Virus record (IMG/VR): IMGVR_UViG_3300032332_001787
Coordinates: 96,001 to 160,000 of that record
DNA length: 64,000 bases
Source of the DNA: a virus
Taxonomy: Duplodnaviria; Caudoviricetes
Reading direction: 5' to 3' (one strand)
Part shown: piece by piece, positions 37,131 to 47,464 of the stretch
Position numbering within the stretch: position 1 is the first letter of the stretch
Layout: each line of letters begins with the position of its first letter
Notes under the pieces: generated by a model
Databases searched by the model: none
Told to the model about the DNA's origin: nothing
What the model saw: the letters and a program-made list of their open reading frames with translations, nothing else
Translations under genes and position numbers: made by a program

Positions 37131-38780
37131 ATGCATAAGAAGTACTATTGGCTCAATTCACATAGTCGTATTTTTCTAGAGAGAGGCTATATTGAACAAG
37201 GCGGCACTCCAGAAAAAAGAATCAGAGACATAGCAGAAAATGCTGAAAAAATACTGCAGATCAAAGGATTTGCAGATAAATTTGAAGACTATATGAGCAG
37301 AGGATTCTTTTCATTAGCAACCCCCGTGTGGACTAATTTTGGTAATGCTCGTGGTCTTCCAGTATCATGTTTTAATTCCTATATTTCTGATACTATGCAG
37401 TCTATCCTCTATAAGGTTGCAGAAGTAGGGATGATGAGTAAGCTTGGGGGCGGAACTAGCGGATTTTTTGGTGATTTGAGAGCCAGAGGATCTTCTATAA
37501 GTGTTGGTGGAGAATCTAGTGGACCTGTGCACTTTATGGAGCTATTCGATAAAGTAGCAGAAGTTGTAAGTCAGGGATCTGCTAGAAGAGGATCTTTTGC
37601 AGCATATTTACCAGTTGAACATTCGGACATAGAAGAATTCTTGCAGATTCGCTCAGAGGGACACAGTATTCAAAATATGAGTATTGGAGTCACTATTGGC
37701 GACGAGTGGATGAAACAGATGCTTGCTGGAGACAAGCAAAAAAGACAAATATGGGCAAAGATTATACAAAAAAGATTTGAAACAGGCTATCCTTATATCA
37801 TGTTTACAGATACAGTAAACAAAGAAGCTCCACAAGTATACAAAGATAAAAATCTTACAATCAAAAGCTCCAATCTATGTTCCGAAATTGAACTAGCTTC
37901 TGATGAAAATAATTCGTTTGTTTGCGTATTATCTTCTTTGAATCTATTACATTGGGATGAGATAGAAAAAACTGATGCAGTCGAAACATTAATTTATTTT
38001 CTAGATGCAGTAAATGAAGAATTCATACAAAAAACTAAAGATATTCCGTTCATGTCAACTGCTTACAATTTTGCTAAGTCACAAAGAGCTTTAGGCATGG
38101 GCGCTCTTGGATGGCACTCACTACTTCAACATAAGATGATATCTTTTGAATCTATGAAAGCTAAAGCCTTAAATACGTCGATATGGAAAACAATAAGAGA
38201 AAAAGCAGATAAAGCCTCTATTGAATTAGCTAAAAAATTTGGAGAGCCAGAATTATTAAAAGGATATGGTCGTAGAAATGTCACCACACTATCTGTTGCT
38301 CCAACAACATCCAGTTCTTTTATTTTGGGACAAGTAAGTCCATCAATAGAACCTTTGAACTCAAACTACTTTGTTAAAAAATTAGCTAAGGGTAGTTTCA
38401 CCTACAAGAACCCACATCTGAAAAAACTACTTAAAGATAAAGATCAAGACAATGACGAAGTATGGAGAACAATCCTAGTAAGAGGAGGATCTGTACAACA
38501 TTTGGATTTCTTATCCCAAGAAGAAAAAGATATCTTTAAAACCTTTGGTGAGATTAGTCAAAAAGAGATAGTAATACAAAATATACAAAGACAAAAATAT
38601 ATAGATCAGTCTATATCTCTTAACTTAATGATTCCACCTAATTGTCCAGCTAAAGAAGTGAGCGAATTATTAATTTATGGCTGGGAAAATGGTATCAAAA
38701 CTTTTTACTATCAGAGATCATCCAATCCTGCTCAAGAATTAACAAGAAGCATTTTAACCTGTTCATCATGTGAGGCATAA
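37131..38780 (+). CDS. nrdA: ribonucleotide reductase class I alpha subunit (no ATP cone)
   Basis: PVSCF, SNLCSE, CVLSSLNL, VAPTTSSS, KTFYY, C-terminal CSSCE. Confidence 0.95.
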   Translation: MHKKYYWLNSHSRIFLERGYIEQGGTPEKRIRDIAENAEKILQIKGFADKFEDYMSRGFFSLATPVWTNFGNARGLPVSCFNSYISDTMQSILYKVAEVGMMSKLGGGTSGFFGDLRARGSSISVGGESSGPVHFMELFDKVAEVVSQGSARRGSFAAYLPVEHSDIEEFLQIRSEGHSIQNMSIGVTIGDEWMKQMLAGDKQKRQIWAKIIQKRFETGYPYIMFTDTVNKEAPQVYKDKNLTIKSSNLCSEIELASDENNSFVCVLSSLNLLHWDEIEKTDAVETLIYFLDAVNEEFIQKTKDIPFMSTAYNFAKSQRALGMGALGWHSLLQHKMISFESMKAKALNTSIWKTIREKADKASIELAKKFGEPELLKGYGRRNVTTLSVAPTTSSSFILGQVSPSIEPLNSNYFVKKLAKGSFTYKNPHLKKLLKDKDQDNDEVWRTILVRGGSVQHLDFLSQEEKDIFKTFGEISQKEIVIQNIQRQKYIDQSISLNLMIPPNCPAKEVSELLIYGWENGIKTFYYQRSSNPAQELTRSILTCSSCEA

Positions 38781-39206
38781 GTGATTAAAATTAAAAAACT
38801 AAATGAAGTAGCAAAGGTGCCTGTTAGGGCTAATGAAACTGATGCTGGTGCAGATTTGTGTTCCGTTGAATCTGTTGTTATAGCTCCACTATCAAGGGCT
38901 TTAATCAAAACAGGAATTAGTATTGAAATTCCAAAAAATTATTATGGTAGAATTGCGCCACGATCCGGACTAGCTTTTAAAAATGGTATTGATGTTTTAG
39001 CTGGAGTTATAGACAGCTCTTACAGAGGAGAGATCGGGGTTATTCTTTTTAATACAGACAAAGACAATTATTTTGTAGTTAATCAAGGAGACAGAATAGC
39101 TCAATTAATTATTGAAGCACACTATAATATGTCTTTTTCAGAAAATGACAACTTAACAGATACAGAAAGAGGTGGTGGTGGTTTTGGTTCTACCGGAGTA
39201 AGTTAA
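38781..39206 (+). CDS. dut: trimeric dUTPase
   Basis: AGADL, RSGLA, GVIDSSYRGE, RIAQL, RGGGGFGSTG; GTG start. Confidence 0.96.
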   Translation: MIKIKKLNEVAKVPVRANETDAGADLCSVESVVIAPLSRALIKTGISIEIPKNYYGRIAPRSGLAFKNGIDVLAGVIDSSYRGEIGVILFNTDKDNYFVVNQGDRIAQLIIEAHYNMSFSENDNLTDTERGGGGFGSTGVS

Positions 39207-39227
39207 GATTATCATTTATTTTTATAT

Positions 39228-39235
39228 GGTGTATT
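39228..39235 (+). promoter_or_regulatory. putative phage promoter motif GGTGTATT
   Basis: 53 nt upstream of phoH start. Confidence 0.55.
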
Positions 39236-39280
39236 ATAAGGAACAAGAGTTATTTTACATCTATTAATAAGGGCTCACTC

Positions 39281-40015
39281 TTGAAAAAAAATAATAAAAG
39301 GTCATCTAAAAGACCTAGGGTTGTTGATGCTACTAATGAGATTGTGCAACAAGGAGCGGCTTATAGGAATAGATTAAAGCCAAGAAGTGAAAATCAAAAA
39401 GAATACATTAGAAGCATAGCTGAAAACCATATAACCTTTTGTCAAGGAGCAGCTGGTAGTGGCAAAACGCACTGTGCTATTGGTTTAGCTTTAGAATATT
39501 TACTAGATGACAAAGTTAAAAAAATTATTATCACAAGACCAATAGTTGAGAGTGGAGAAAAGATAGGATATTTACCAGGAACAGCAGAAGAAAAAATACA
39601 TCCATATTTACTACCAATATTAGATGAAATAAATCATTTTATCTCAACAGCTCAATATACTTCTCTTAAACTAAATAATAAAATAGAAATTGTTCCACTT
39701 GGATTAATGAGAGGTAGAAATTTTAACAATTGTTTTATTGTTGCTGATGAATGTCAAAACGCTTCTTATGAACAACTTAAAATGTTAATAACAAGACTAG
39801 GCAAAGATAGCAAAATGGTTCTAACAGGCGACATTGGTCAGTCTGATCTACAAAGACATCTCCAAGGAGGATTTTTAGAGATGATAGAACAACTAGAGAC
39901 TATAGAAGGAATAGCAGTTGCCAGACTACAATTTTCAGATATTGTAAGGAATCCAATCATAGCAAAAATTCTTGTTCGTTTAGACGCTTACGAAAATGAA
40001 ACCACAAAACAGTAA
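39281..40015 (+). CDS. phoH: PhoH family ATPase
   Basis: GAAGSGKT, TRP.VE.GE..GYLPG, MRGRNF, DECQN, TRLG, GD..Q.D, DIVR. Confidence 0.95.
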   Translation: MKKNNKRSSKRPRVVDATNEIVQQGAAYRNRLKPRSENQKEYIRSIAENHITFCQGAAGSGKTHCAIGLALEYLLDDKVKKIIITRPIVESGEKIGYLPGTAEEKIHPYLLPILDEINHFISTAQYTSLKLNNKIEIVPLGLMRGRNFNNCFIVADECQNASYEQLKMLITRLGKDSKMVLTGDIGQSDLQRHLQGGFLEMIEQLETIEGIAVARLQFSDIVRNPIIAKILVRLDAYENETTKQ

Positions 40016-40577
40016 ATGCCTTGTTCTTAATGCTGATTATACTCCATTAGGTATAATTAGTTGGAAAAGAGCTTTGGTATGGTCTATCAGACATGCTGAA
40101 AATCCACACATAGGCATGGAAATCATAGACTTCTATAAAGATGATTATATTTGTGGTACCAATAATAAAAAAATTCCAATACCAGCAGTTGCTAAAACTG
40201 CTAGATATTTCAGGAACAATAATCAAAAAGTAAATTTTTGTAGAAAAAATCTTTTTATAAGAGATAATTATAGCTGTCAATATTGTGGTATTAAAAAACA
40301 TATTAACGAATTAACATATGATCATGTTATTCCTAAGTCTGTTTGGACACAACAGATGGGATCTCCTACTTGTTGGACAAATATAGTAACAGCATGCGTA
40401 GGATGTAACAGAAAAAAAGGCAATAGAACCCCAAAACAAGCTAACATGCCCTTAAAAAGTATGCCCGCAATACCCAATAAGAGTCCAAAATACTTGCCGA
40501 TCACCAGCCAGCTCTTTAATATAAGAAGCGACATCCCTACAGAGTGGGCTGTTTATTTACCAGAATCCTATACATAA
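39996..40577 (+). CDS. HNH endonuclease (McrA-like)
   Basis: CLVLNADY.PL, RDNYSCQYCG, TYDHVIP, W.NIVTAC..CN.KKG. Confidence 0.92.
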   Translation: MKPQNSKCLVLNADYTPLGIISWKRALVWSIRHAENPHIGMEIIDFYKDDYICGTNNKKIPIPAVAKTARYFRNNNQKVNFCRKNLFIRDNYSCQYCGIKKHINELTYDHVIPKSVWTQQMGSPTCWTNIVTACVGCNRKKGNRTPKQANMPLKSMPAIPNKSPKYLPITSQLFNIRSDIPTEWAVYLPESYT

Positions 40578-40580
40578 AAC

Positions 40581-40934
40581 ATGCCTACTTATTCATATTT
40601 TTGTGATAATTGTCAAACCAAGTTTGAAATTTTTTCTAGCATCAAAGACTATGTAGAAAATGCACGATGTGAATATTGCAAGAAGAACAAAGATACCCAT
40701 AGACTATATATTGAAGACATATCAACCCTAAGTACCTCTATTAAAAAGAATGATAGCGAACTCAAAACAATAGGAGATTTAGCAAATAGAAATAGAGATA
40801 GACTAAGCGAAGATCATAAAATAGAATTAGACAACAAACATAATAGCTACAAAGAAGAAGTCTCTAAAAAAGAACTACCAAAAGGTATGTCCAGGATACA
40901 AAAACCAAAAACTAAATATAGATGGAATGGATAA
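40581..40934 (+). CDS. FmdB-type zinc-ribbon protein
   Basis: MPTYSYFCDNC...FE...CEYC. Confidence 0.8.
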   Translation: MPTYSYFCDNCQTKFEIFSSIKDYVENARCEYCKKNKDTHRLYIEDISTLSTSIKKNDSELKTIGDLANRNRDRLSEDHKIELDNKHNSYKEEVSKKELPKGMSRIQKPKTKYRWNG

Positions 40935-41344
40935 ATATAAGGAATTACACAATGGATAATTTTATTTTCAAACCGAGTAGTTTATTTAATAGTAAGTCAA
41001 ATGATTTAGAAGTAGCAGAGTATTATACTTTTGCTGATTTAGGCGACTTTATTGATTCTGAAGGAAACAACAGAGCAAAAGAAGAGAACGATAAAGTTGT
41101 TGCTAAAAAAACGACAAGAAAAAATGGTTCTATAAAATATACAATTAGATTAGGCAACGATAGCAAACTTTATAATCCGGCATCTATCTATGACAATAAA
41201 CAAGATCATACTTTTTTAGACAGAATTTGTCGATCTAATGATAGATTTAAACAAGTTAATCTAAAAGTTTTTAATCTATATCTTCAGTTTCTAAAAACCA
41301 AAAACACAGCATGGCTTAATAATGCAGAAAGAGAGAACGAGTAA
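40922..41344 (+). CDS. hypothetical protein
   Basis: Operon ORF; start may be ATG at 40952. Confidence 0.7.
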   Translation: MEWINIRNYTMDNFIFKPSSLFNSKSNDLEVAEYYTFADLGDFIDSEGNNRAKEENDKVVAKKTTRKNGSIKYTIRLGNDSKLYNPASIYDNKQDHTFLDRICRSNDRFKQVNLKVFNLYLQFLKTKNTAWLNNAERENE

Positions 41345-41688
41345 TGGCTAGAATTAATAAAACACAAACATATGCTATATTATGGCTTAATAGTCAGTCT
41401 TATGATAGTGCTTATATTGAAAAAGAACTTGGTGTCACAAATAAGCAGATTGAAACTGTTTTAAATAAGCTTAAAATTCCAGAAGAGCCACCAACAAATA
41501 ATATTAAAACATCATCTTCTCCAGTTGGACAATCTAAGTCTAAAAATCTTATGATAACGGAGAGTGCATCTAGAACAAGAAGTGTTGCTATCATGACTAA
41601 AGAAGCATCAGAATTAAACGATGCTCTAAAAAAGAATAGTCAACCAACTAAATCCGAAAATGGTATTTTTAGACCATTCAACAAGTAA
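41344..41688 (+). CDS. hypothetical protein
   Basis: TAATG coupling; possible N-terminal HTH. Confidence 0.7.
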   Translation: MARINKTQTYAILWLNSQSYDSAYIEKELGVTNKQIETVLNKLKIPEEPPTNNIKTSSSPVGQSKSKNLMITESASRTRSVAIMTKEASELNDALKKNSQPTKSENGIFRPFNK

Positions 41689-41696
41689 TATTTATT

Positions 41697-42140
41697 ATGG
41701 AAACATTGCCAACAAATCTAGACGATATATATTCTTCTCTCTCCAAAGAAGAGAGGGATGTATTGGACAATATTCAGAATAAATTATTAAAGGCTATGGA
41801 AATAGCCAAAGAACAAAAATTTGATCATATAGACGAAGAATCTCCAGAAAATGTTCCAGATTTTTCTCAGAAACATCCAGAGATTATACACCCCAAACAT
41901 ATTTCAAAAGCCCCACATGAAATACTCATTACGGTTAAAGCAGAAGTTTCTGAAATTAACGACCAAGGGTATATAGCTTCTACTAAAGATATGACACATA
42001 ATTATTATCATATCCCAGTCCCGGCCCAAGTAGATTATGAGCCATATACCGAAAAGTTTTTTGCTCTATTTACCAAATCCCTACAAGATATCTGTCAAGA
42101 TCTAAACGTCATTCATAAAGATTCCCTAAACAATAAATAA
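41697..42140 (+). CDS. hypothetical protein
   Basis: Operon ORF. Confidence 0.7.
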   Translation: METLPTNLDDIYSSLSKEERDVLDNIQNKLLKAMEIAKEQKFDHIDEESPENVPDFSQKHPEIIHPKHISKAPHEILITVKAEVSEINDQGYIASTKDMTHNYYHIPVPAQVDYEPYTEKFFALFTKSLQDICQDLNVIHKDSLNNK

Positions 42141-42141
42141 A

Positions 42142-42570
42142 ATGGCAGATAAGTACTTATCAAAGTATTCAAATGGAAAGACAGTATCTCCTGCTCAATT
42201 CATTACTGAGATAATCTGTGAGAGAAAAGCCCAGTCCGATAAACAGGATCTCCATTATAGATTTTGGGTTCATGATAAGTGGGCTGCTTTTTATAAGAAT
42301 CAGATAGCATCGGCTCATAAATTACTAAAAAAGAATTCTCCTAATGCCATCATAAGAGCTCTAAATACAGACACGGGCAAAAAAATTTATTCTTTGCGAG
42401 CACCACATCTTGCAGCTATCATAGCAGAACAAGAAGAATTACTAAGCAAAGAAAACACTAGCTTCACAAAAGATATTACTAGAAGCAGTGATGTAAAATT
42501 TACGACTTCGGAAAATAAAGCATCTAAAAATATTATTTCAAAACTTAAGGATTTAGACTATGGCTCTTAA
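42142..42570 (+). CDS. hypothetical protein
   Basis: Operon ORF directly upstream of recA. Confidence 0.7.
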   Translation: MADKYLSKYSNGKTVSPAQFITEIICERKAQSDKQDLHYRFWVHDKWAAFYKNQIASAHKLLKKNSPNAIIRALNTDTGKKIYSLRAPHLAAIIAEQEELLSKENTSFTKDITRSSDVKFTTSENKASKNIISKLKDLDYGS

Positions 42571-43573
42571 AGAAGATATCACAAAAAGCTTTGGCGACAA
42601 CATTGTATTAACTGGCAATGCTATAGTAGACAAAAAACTTATTACTATTCCAGTTAGCCCGTCTTTAGATATAGTTTTAAATGGTGGTATACCAGAAGGC
42701 AGTTTTGTTATATTAACAGGACAACCAAAATGCGGTAAAACCACAACTTCCCTTGATTTCTGTGCTACTGCTCAGAAACCAGAATATGCCTATGGTTCTT
42801 TTAAAGACGGAAGAGAAGTGTACTACCTAAATATCGAAGGTAGATTGAAGAAAAGAGATTTAGAAGGTATACCCGGACTTAATCTTGATAAATTTCATGT
42901 TATAGGTTCTCAAGAGGGTAAAATCTTACACGCAGAAGAATATTTACAAATTGGTGAAAGAATCATTAATGAAGTACCAGGGTCAATTGTAATCATAGAC
43001 TCATATTCTGCATTATGCACAGAGGCGGAAATTACATCAGATATGGATAAAATGCAAAGGGCAGATGGTGCAAAGCTGTTGGCTAAATTTTGTAGAAAAG
43101 TATCTAATGTTATTCCTGTAAATAAAAATATTGTTATCGGTATTACCCATCAGATGGGCAATCCAGGAATGGGTCATTCTGAATGGAAAGAAAAATCTGG
43201 TCAAGCTATTGCTTATCAAACAGACATCAAGCTTAAGGCTAAATTTTTTACTCCTTGGGTTTTAAGTGCTGATAGTGCTCAAATTGGACAAGAAATTCAA
43301 TGGCAAGTAGTCTGTTCTGCTCTTGGCCCTCCGGGAGGAACTATTACTAGTTACATTAGATATGGACAAGGTATTGATAAATATACTGAGTTAGTAAGTT
43401 TAGCTTCTGATATTGGTCTTATCAATAAAGCTGGTGCTTGGTATACTATTACTGGCGTGGAAGGTAAACCAAAATTCCAAGGAACAGAAAAAGTTAGAAC
43501 ATATTTATTGGAACATAAAGATGTATACGAAACTCTTTGGACATCAGTTAAAGAGACTATGGGAATAAAATAA
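42560..43573 (+). CDS. recA: RecA/UvsX-like recombinase
   Basis: SPSLD..L.GGIP.G, Walker A GQPKCGKTT, IVIIDS.SAL, G.GID...L.....GLI.KAGAWY. Confidence 0.92.
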   Translation: MALKEDITKSFGDNIVLTGNAIVDKKLITIPVSPSLDIVLNGGIPEGSFVILTGQPKCGKTTTSLDFCATAQKPEYAYGSFKDGREVYYLNIEGRLKKRDLEGIPGLNLDKFHVIGSQEGKILHAEEYLQIGERIINEVPGSIVIIDSYSALCTEAEITSDMDKMQRADGAKLLAKFCRKVSNVIPVNKNIVIGITHQMGNPGMGHSEWKEKSGQAIAYQTDIKLKAKFFTPWVLSADSAQIGQEIQWQVVCSALGPPGGTITSYIRYGQGIDKYTELVSLASDIGLINKAGAWYTITGVEGKPKFQGTEKVRTYLLEHKDVYETLWTSVKETMGIK

Positions 43574-43981
43574 ATGACCGTTAAGGACTTAGATGGACAT
43601 TCTCACTCTTGGCAGCTTACAGGAAATATGGCTAAGGGGAAAGTCGATTACAAATCCAGTTTGCACTTGAAGGCCCGTGAGCTTATTACTAATAGCTACC
43701 CAACACTACAGATTCTCGAAGAAGTACAGATACAATTAAGAAAAGGTGAACTTCTATATCTAGATTTTTATCTGCCTTTAATTAAAACATGTATTGAAGT
43801 ACATGGAGAACAGCATTATAAGTTTGTTGGTTTTTATCATCATAATATGCTAGGATTTGTAAGAGCAAAAAAGAGAGACGGCGAAAAAACAGAATGGTGC
43901 CATCTAAATGGAATTAAACAAATTATTTTGCCTTATGACGAAGATATTCAAAAATGGCAAGAAAGATTAAACAATGAGTAA
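43574..43981 (+). CDS. PD-(D/E)XK endonuclease (Vsr/DUF559-like)
   Basis: LYLDFYLP...CIEVHGEQHY...RD..K..WC. Confidence 0.8.
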   Translation: MTVKDLDGHSHSWQLTGNMAKGKVDYKSSLHLKARELITNSYPTLQILEEVQIQLRKGELLYLDFYLPLIKTCIEVHGEQHYKFVGFYHHNMLGFVRAKKRDGEKTEWCHLNGIKQIILPYDEDIQKWQERLNNE

Positions 43982-44462
43982 AACAGCAAAAGAAGAATTA
44001 CAAGACTGGGATAATATTCTTGATGAATACGAGTCCACAGTAGGTTTACCCAAATACAATCCTACGGTATTGCCAGAGGAAGAATTAAATAAGTATCTTA
44101 CTATGAGTAGAGATGAATTAGAGCGAACCACTCCAGAAGATTGTGCTCAGATTTCTTACAGACTAGCACAATTTTCATTTCATATTCAAAGAACTATAAA
44201 TAGAGAACTAGCCAGACATAACTGGTCAGAAGATACTACTAAAATTGTCATCGCAGATGAAATTAATTCCTATAAAGGATATGGATATGTAGAGAAATCA
44301 TTACAGGCTATTAAAAATAATGAAAAAGCCCAGGCATTAAATAAGATCCGTATTTTTGCTAAACAAAGAACGGATAGGCTGTCATATCTTGCTAATTCAA
44401 TTAAGAACTTGTCCGATATTTTACTTTCTATTCAAAAAATTAAGATGATGAAAAATGGATAA
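43974..44462 (+). CDS. helical hypothetical protein (possible recombination mediator, UvsY-like position)
   Basis: Coiled-coil character between recA and dnaB; function from position only. Confidence 0.5.
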   Translation: MSKTAKEELQDWDNILDEYESTVGLPKYNPTVLPEEELNKYLTMSRDELERTTPEDCAQISYRLAQFSFHIQRTINRELARHNWSEDTTKIVIADEINSYKGYGYVEKSLQAIKNNEKAQALNKIRIFAKQRTDRLSYLANSIKNLSDILLSIQKIKMMKNG

Positions 44463-44871
44463 TATAAATTTAGATCCTCAACAAATTCAACAAATGATAT
44501 TATTATTACAGGCTATGCTTCCTAAGCCAGGTTCTGAGGATACTAATAATCAAGAAATGTCTTTTAAAGTTGCTAAGGCTCCAAAGGCTACAAAATCTTC
44601 TAGATCTAAAAAATCATCTGAAGTTGCTGCTCCCTCAAAGCCAGCAAGACCCAATAAATTTGAGGATATGCCAGAAATAAATATGCATAAAGAAGATATA
44701 GCTCTAGATAAAAAACTATCAATATTACCACCAGTACCCAGAGCTAGAAAATTTGCTAAGATATCTGCAATATGCAGAGTTTGCGGGAAAAAAGAAGAAG
44801 TTAATCCAGCTTTGATTACAGATTCAATTGATAGATATAAATGCAACAAATGTTCTACAGGAGCCGGTTGA
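44455..44871 (+). CDS. hypothetical protein with C-terminal zinc ribbon
   Basis: CRVCG...YKCNKC. Confidence 0.7.
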   Translation: MDNINLDPQQIQQMILLLQAMLPKPGSEDTNNQEMSFKVAKAPKATKSSRSKKSSEVAAPSKPARPNKFEDMPEINMHKEDIALDKKLSILPPVPRARKFAKISAICRVCGKKEEVNPALITDSIDRYKCNKCSTGAG

Positions 44872-44874
44872 GAA

Positions 44875-46329
44875 ATGATTTTATGTGACGCAGCAGCAGA
44901 AAGAGCTGTTCTTTCCGGAGTTTTTAATTATGGAGAGGATGCCTATTTGGATATTGCAGATATAGTTCAGGAATCGTCTTTTACTATTGATAGCAATTCT
45001 ATTATTTTCAAATGTCTCAAAACTATTTTCGACAGGGAACAAAGACCCAAGATTGATATTGCTACTATCTTTTCTGTTGCTGAAGAATTAAATTATGGTC
45101 ATATCTTAGCCAAAAAAGAAGAAGCTCAACACTTGAAAGCTATTATGGATTTTCCAGTTAGCCTTGAGAATGTTAGGAAATTTGCAGCTAAAATTAGAAA
45201 ACTAGAAATTGCAAGACTATTAAGAAAACAACTAGAACTAGCACAAGAAAAAATATTAGACGTTAATGGTACAGAACCCATAGGTAGTATTCTTGGTATC
45301 GCTGAAGAAACTATTTTTAATTTCACATCTTTATTAAACGATGGAGATAATAATCCAGTTACTATAGGACAAGATCTTGATACCTATATACATAATCTAG
45401 AACACAACAGAGTAGATCAAGTTGGTATCCCTACGGGATTTCCTGTATATGACCAAGCTATAGGTGGAGGTTTGAGAAAAGGAACAGTTAATGTTATTGG
45501 GGCTAGACCCAAAACTGGTAAAACGCTACTGTCAGATAATATGGGTAATAACATAGCCAAGCTAGGAATACCTGTACTTAATATGGATACAGAAATGAAT
45601 AAAGAAGACCATATTAATAGAATATTAGCCATGATGACAGAAATTGAAATTAATGCTATAGAAACAGGTAAGTTTGCAGAATCTCCAGACAAAAAGAATA
45701 AGCTAATAGCGGCGGCAACAGAATTAAAAAAGACTAAGTTATTTCACAAAAGCATTGCTGGTCAACCATTTGAAGATCAGCTAGCGATTATGAGAAGGTG
45801 GGTACTAAAAGAAGTTGGTCTTAATGATGATGGCACAGCTAAAGAATGTGTAATTTTTTATGACTATCTAAAACTAATGGATAGTGCTGGTATGAGTCAG
45901 GATCTTAAAGAATATCAGGTATTAGGATTTATGATGACTTCCTTACATAATTTTGCTACCAGATATAAGGTGCCTATTGTTGCATTTATACAGTTAAATA
46001 GAGATGGTATCACAAAAGAAAGCACAGACTCTGCCAGCGGATCTGATCGTATTATATGGTTATGTAGCAACTTTAGTATCTTCAAACGAAAGACCGCAGA
46101 AGAAATAGCTGAAGATGGACCAGATAATGGAAATCGTAAATTAGTACCATTAATCAGTAGACATGGAGGAGGATTAGACGACAATGACTACATAAATTGT
46201 TTTATGAAGGGTTGGTGTGCTAAGATTACTGAAGGTAGAACAAGATTAGAAGTCATGAACAACAGAGGCAACACATCAGATGGATTCGTCGTTGACAATG
46301 AAAATGCAGAAGAAATATCATTCCAATAA
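44875..46329 (+). CDS. dnaB: replicative DNA helicase
   Basis: D.AAERAVL, GIPTGF...D.AIGG, GARPKTGKT, EM, DYLKL, QLNR. Confidence 0.95.
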   Translation: MILCDAAAERAVLSGVFNYGEDAYLDIADIVQESSFTIDSNSIIFKCLKTIFDREQRPKIDIATIFSVAEELNYGHILAKKEEAQHLKAIMDFPVSLENVRKFAAKIRKLEIARLLRKQLELAQEKILDVNGTEPIGSILGIAEETIFNFTSLLNDGDNNPVTIGQDLDTYIHNLEHNRVDQVGIPTGFPVYDQAIGGGLRKGTVNVIGARPKTGKTLLSDNMGNNIAKLGIPVLNMDTEMNKEDHINRILAMMTEIEINAIETGKFAESPDKKNKLIAAATELKKTKLFHKSIAGQPFEDQLAIMRRWVLKEVGLNDDGTAKECVIFYDYLKLMDSAGMSQDLKEYQVLGFMMTSLHNFATRYKVPIVAFIQLNRDGITKESTDSASGSDRIIWLCSNFSIFKRKTAEEIAEDGPDNGNRKLVPLISRHGGGLDDNDYINCFMKGWCAKITEGRTRLEVMNNRGNTSDGFVVDNENAEEISFQ

Positions 46330-47464
46330 AAACGATCAGGCAAAACTAAAAATAGTCTGTGATGATATTTGTGATAATATCGATCTGCTATTGGAGAGTT
46401 TTGATATCGAATATAGGTCTAACGGCAAAATGGTGACAATGGCATGTCCCATTCATGGAGGAGATAATATCTCTGCTGTAAATCTATATCCAGAAGGAGA
46501 AACTTATAGGGGTAACTGGAAATGCAGAACTCATGGTTGTGATAAAGTTTTTAAAGCTTCTGTACTAGGTTTTGTTAGAGGAATACTATCTCATCGCAAA
46601 CACGGATGGATGAAAGATGGAGATACTACATGTTCTTTTAATGAGGCTTTAGACTTTGCTCTAAAATTTATCAAAAAAGATCTTAGTAATATCAAGATAT
46701 CTAAAAGCGAAAGAGATAAAAAAGCTTTTACTAATGTGATCAACTATGTTAGTAAAGCTAGTCAAGAAACCGCACAGACGGCTCAAATGCCAACGAGAGA
46801 ACAAGTTCGTAAATCACTAAATATCCCAGCTCAATATTATATAGATAGAGGTTACTCCGAAAGCATTCTAAATAAATATGATATTGGATTATGCGATAAG
46901 CCACAAAAAGAAATGTATAATAGAATCATTGTGCCGATATATAATAATGATTATACTCATATGATTGGATGTAGTGGCAGAAGCATTTTTGAAAAGTGTC
47001 AGAAGTGTTCTAGTTATCATGATCCAAAGAATATCTGTCCCTCAAATGAAAAAACATGGTTGTTTTCAAAGTGGAAACATAGCACCGACTTCAAAAGTCA
47101 GAACTCTTTGTATAACTTCTGGTTTGCTAAAGAGCATATAACCAAAAGCTCAACAGTGATTTTAGTAGAAAGTCCTGGTAATGTGTGGAGATTAGAAGAA
47201 AACAATATCCATAATAGTGTAGCAATATTTGGTTCTTCATTAAGCGACAGACAAAAAATTATCTTGGATTCGTCAGGAGCTATGACTATTATAGTTCTAA
47301 CCGACAATGATGAAGCTGGAAATAAAGCTGCTGAACAAATTAAAAATAAATGCCAAAATACATATCGGGTTTTTGTTCCCAAAATATCTAAACCAGATGT
47401 TGGAGAAATGAATTCTCAAGAAATAGAAGCAGAAATTAAACAATTTATAGGATCAATATCATGA
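46280..47464 (+). CDS. dnaG: DnaG-like DNA primase
   Basis: Zn finger CPIHGGDN...C.T..C, Y..RG, RII.PI, G.SGR, TOPRIM VES...DNDEAG. Confidence 0.85.
   Translation: MDSSLTMKMQKKYHSNKNDQAKLKIVCDDICDNIDLLLESFDIEYRSNGKMVTMACPIHGGDNISAVNLYPEGETYRGNWKCRTHGCDKVFKASVLGFVRGILSHRKHGWMKDGDTTCSFNEALDFALKFIKKDLSNIKISKSERDKKAFTNVINYVSKASQETAQTAQMPTREQVRKSLNIPAQYYIDRGYSESILNKYDIGLCDKPQKEMYNRIIVPIYNNDYTHMIGCSGRSIFEKCQKCSSYHDPKNICPSNEKTWLFSKWKHSTDFKSQNSLYNFWFAKEHITKSSTVILVESPGNVWRLEENNIHNSVAIFGSSLSDRQKIILDSSGAMTIIVLTDNDEAGNKAAEQIKNKCQNTYRVFVPKISKPDVGEMNSQEIEAEIKQFIGSIS

Noticed and set aside
36140-46329. Inteins or group I introns in nrdA, nrdB, recA, dnaB
   Set aside because: Protein lengths and motif spacing are normal and contiguous.
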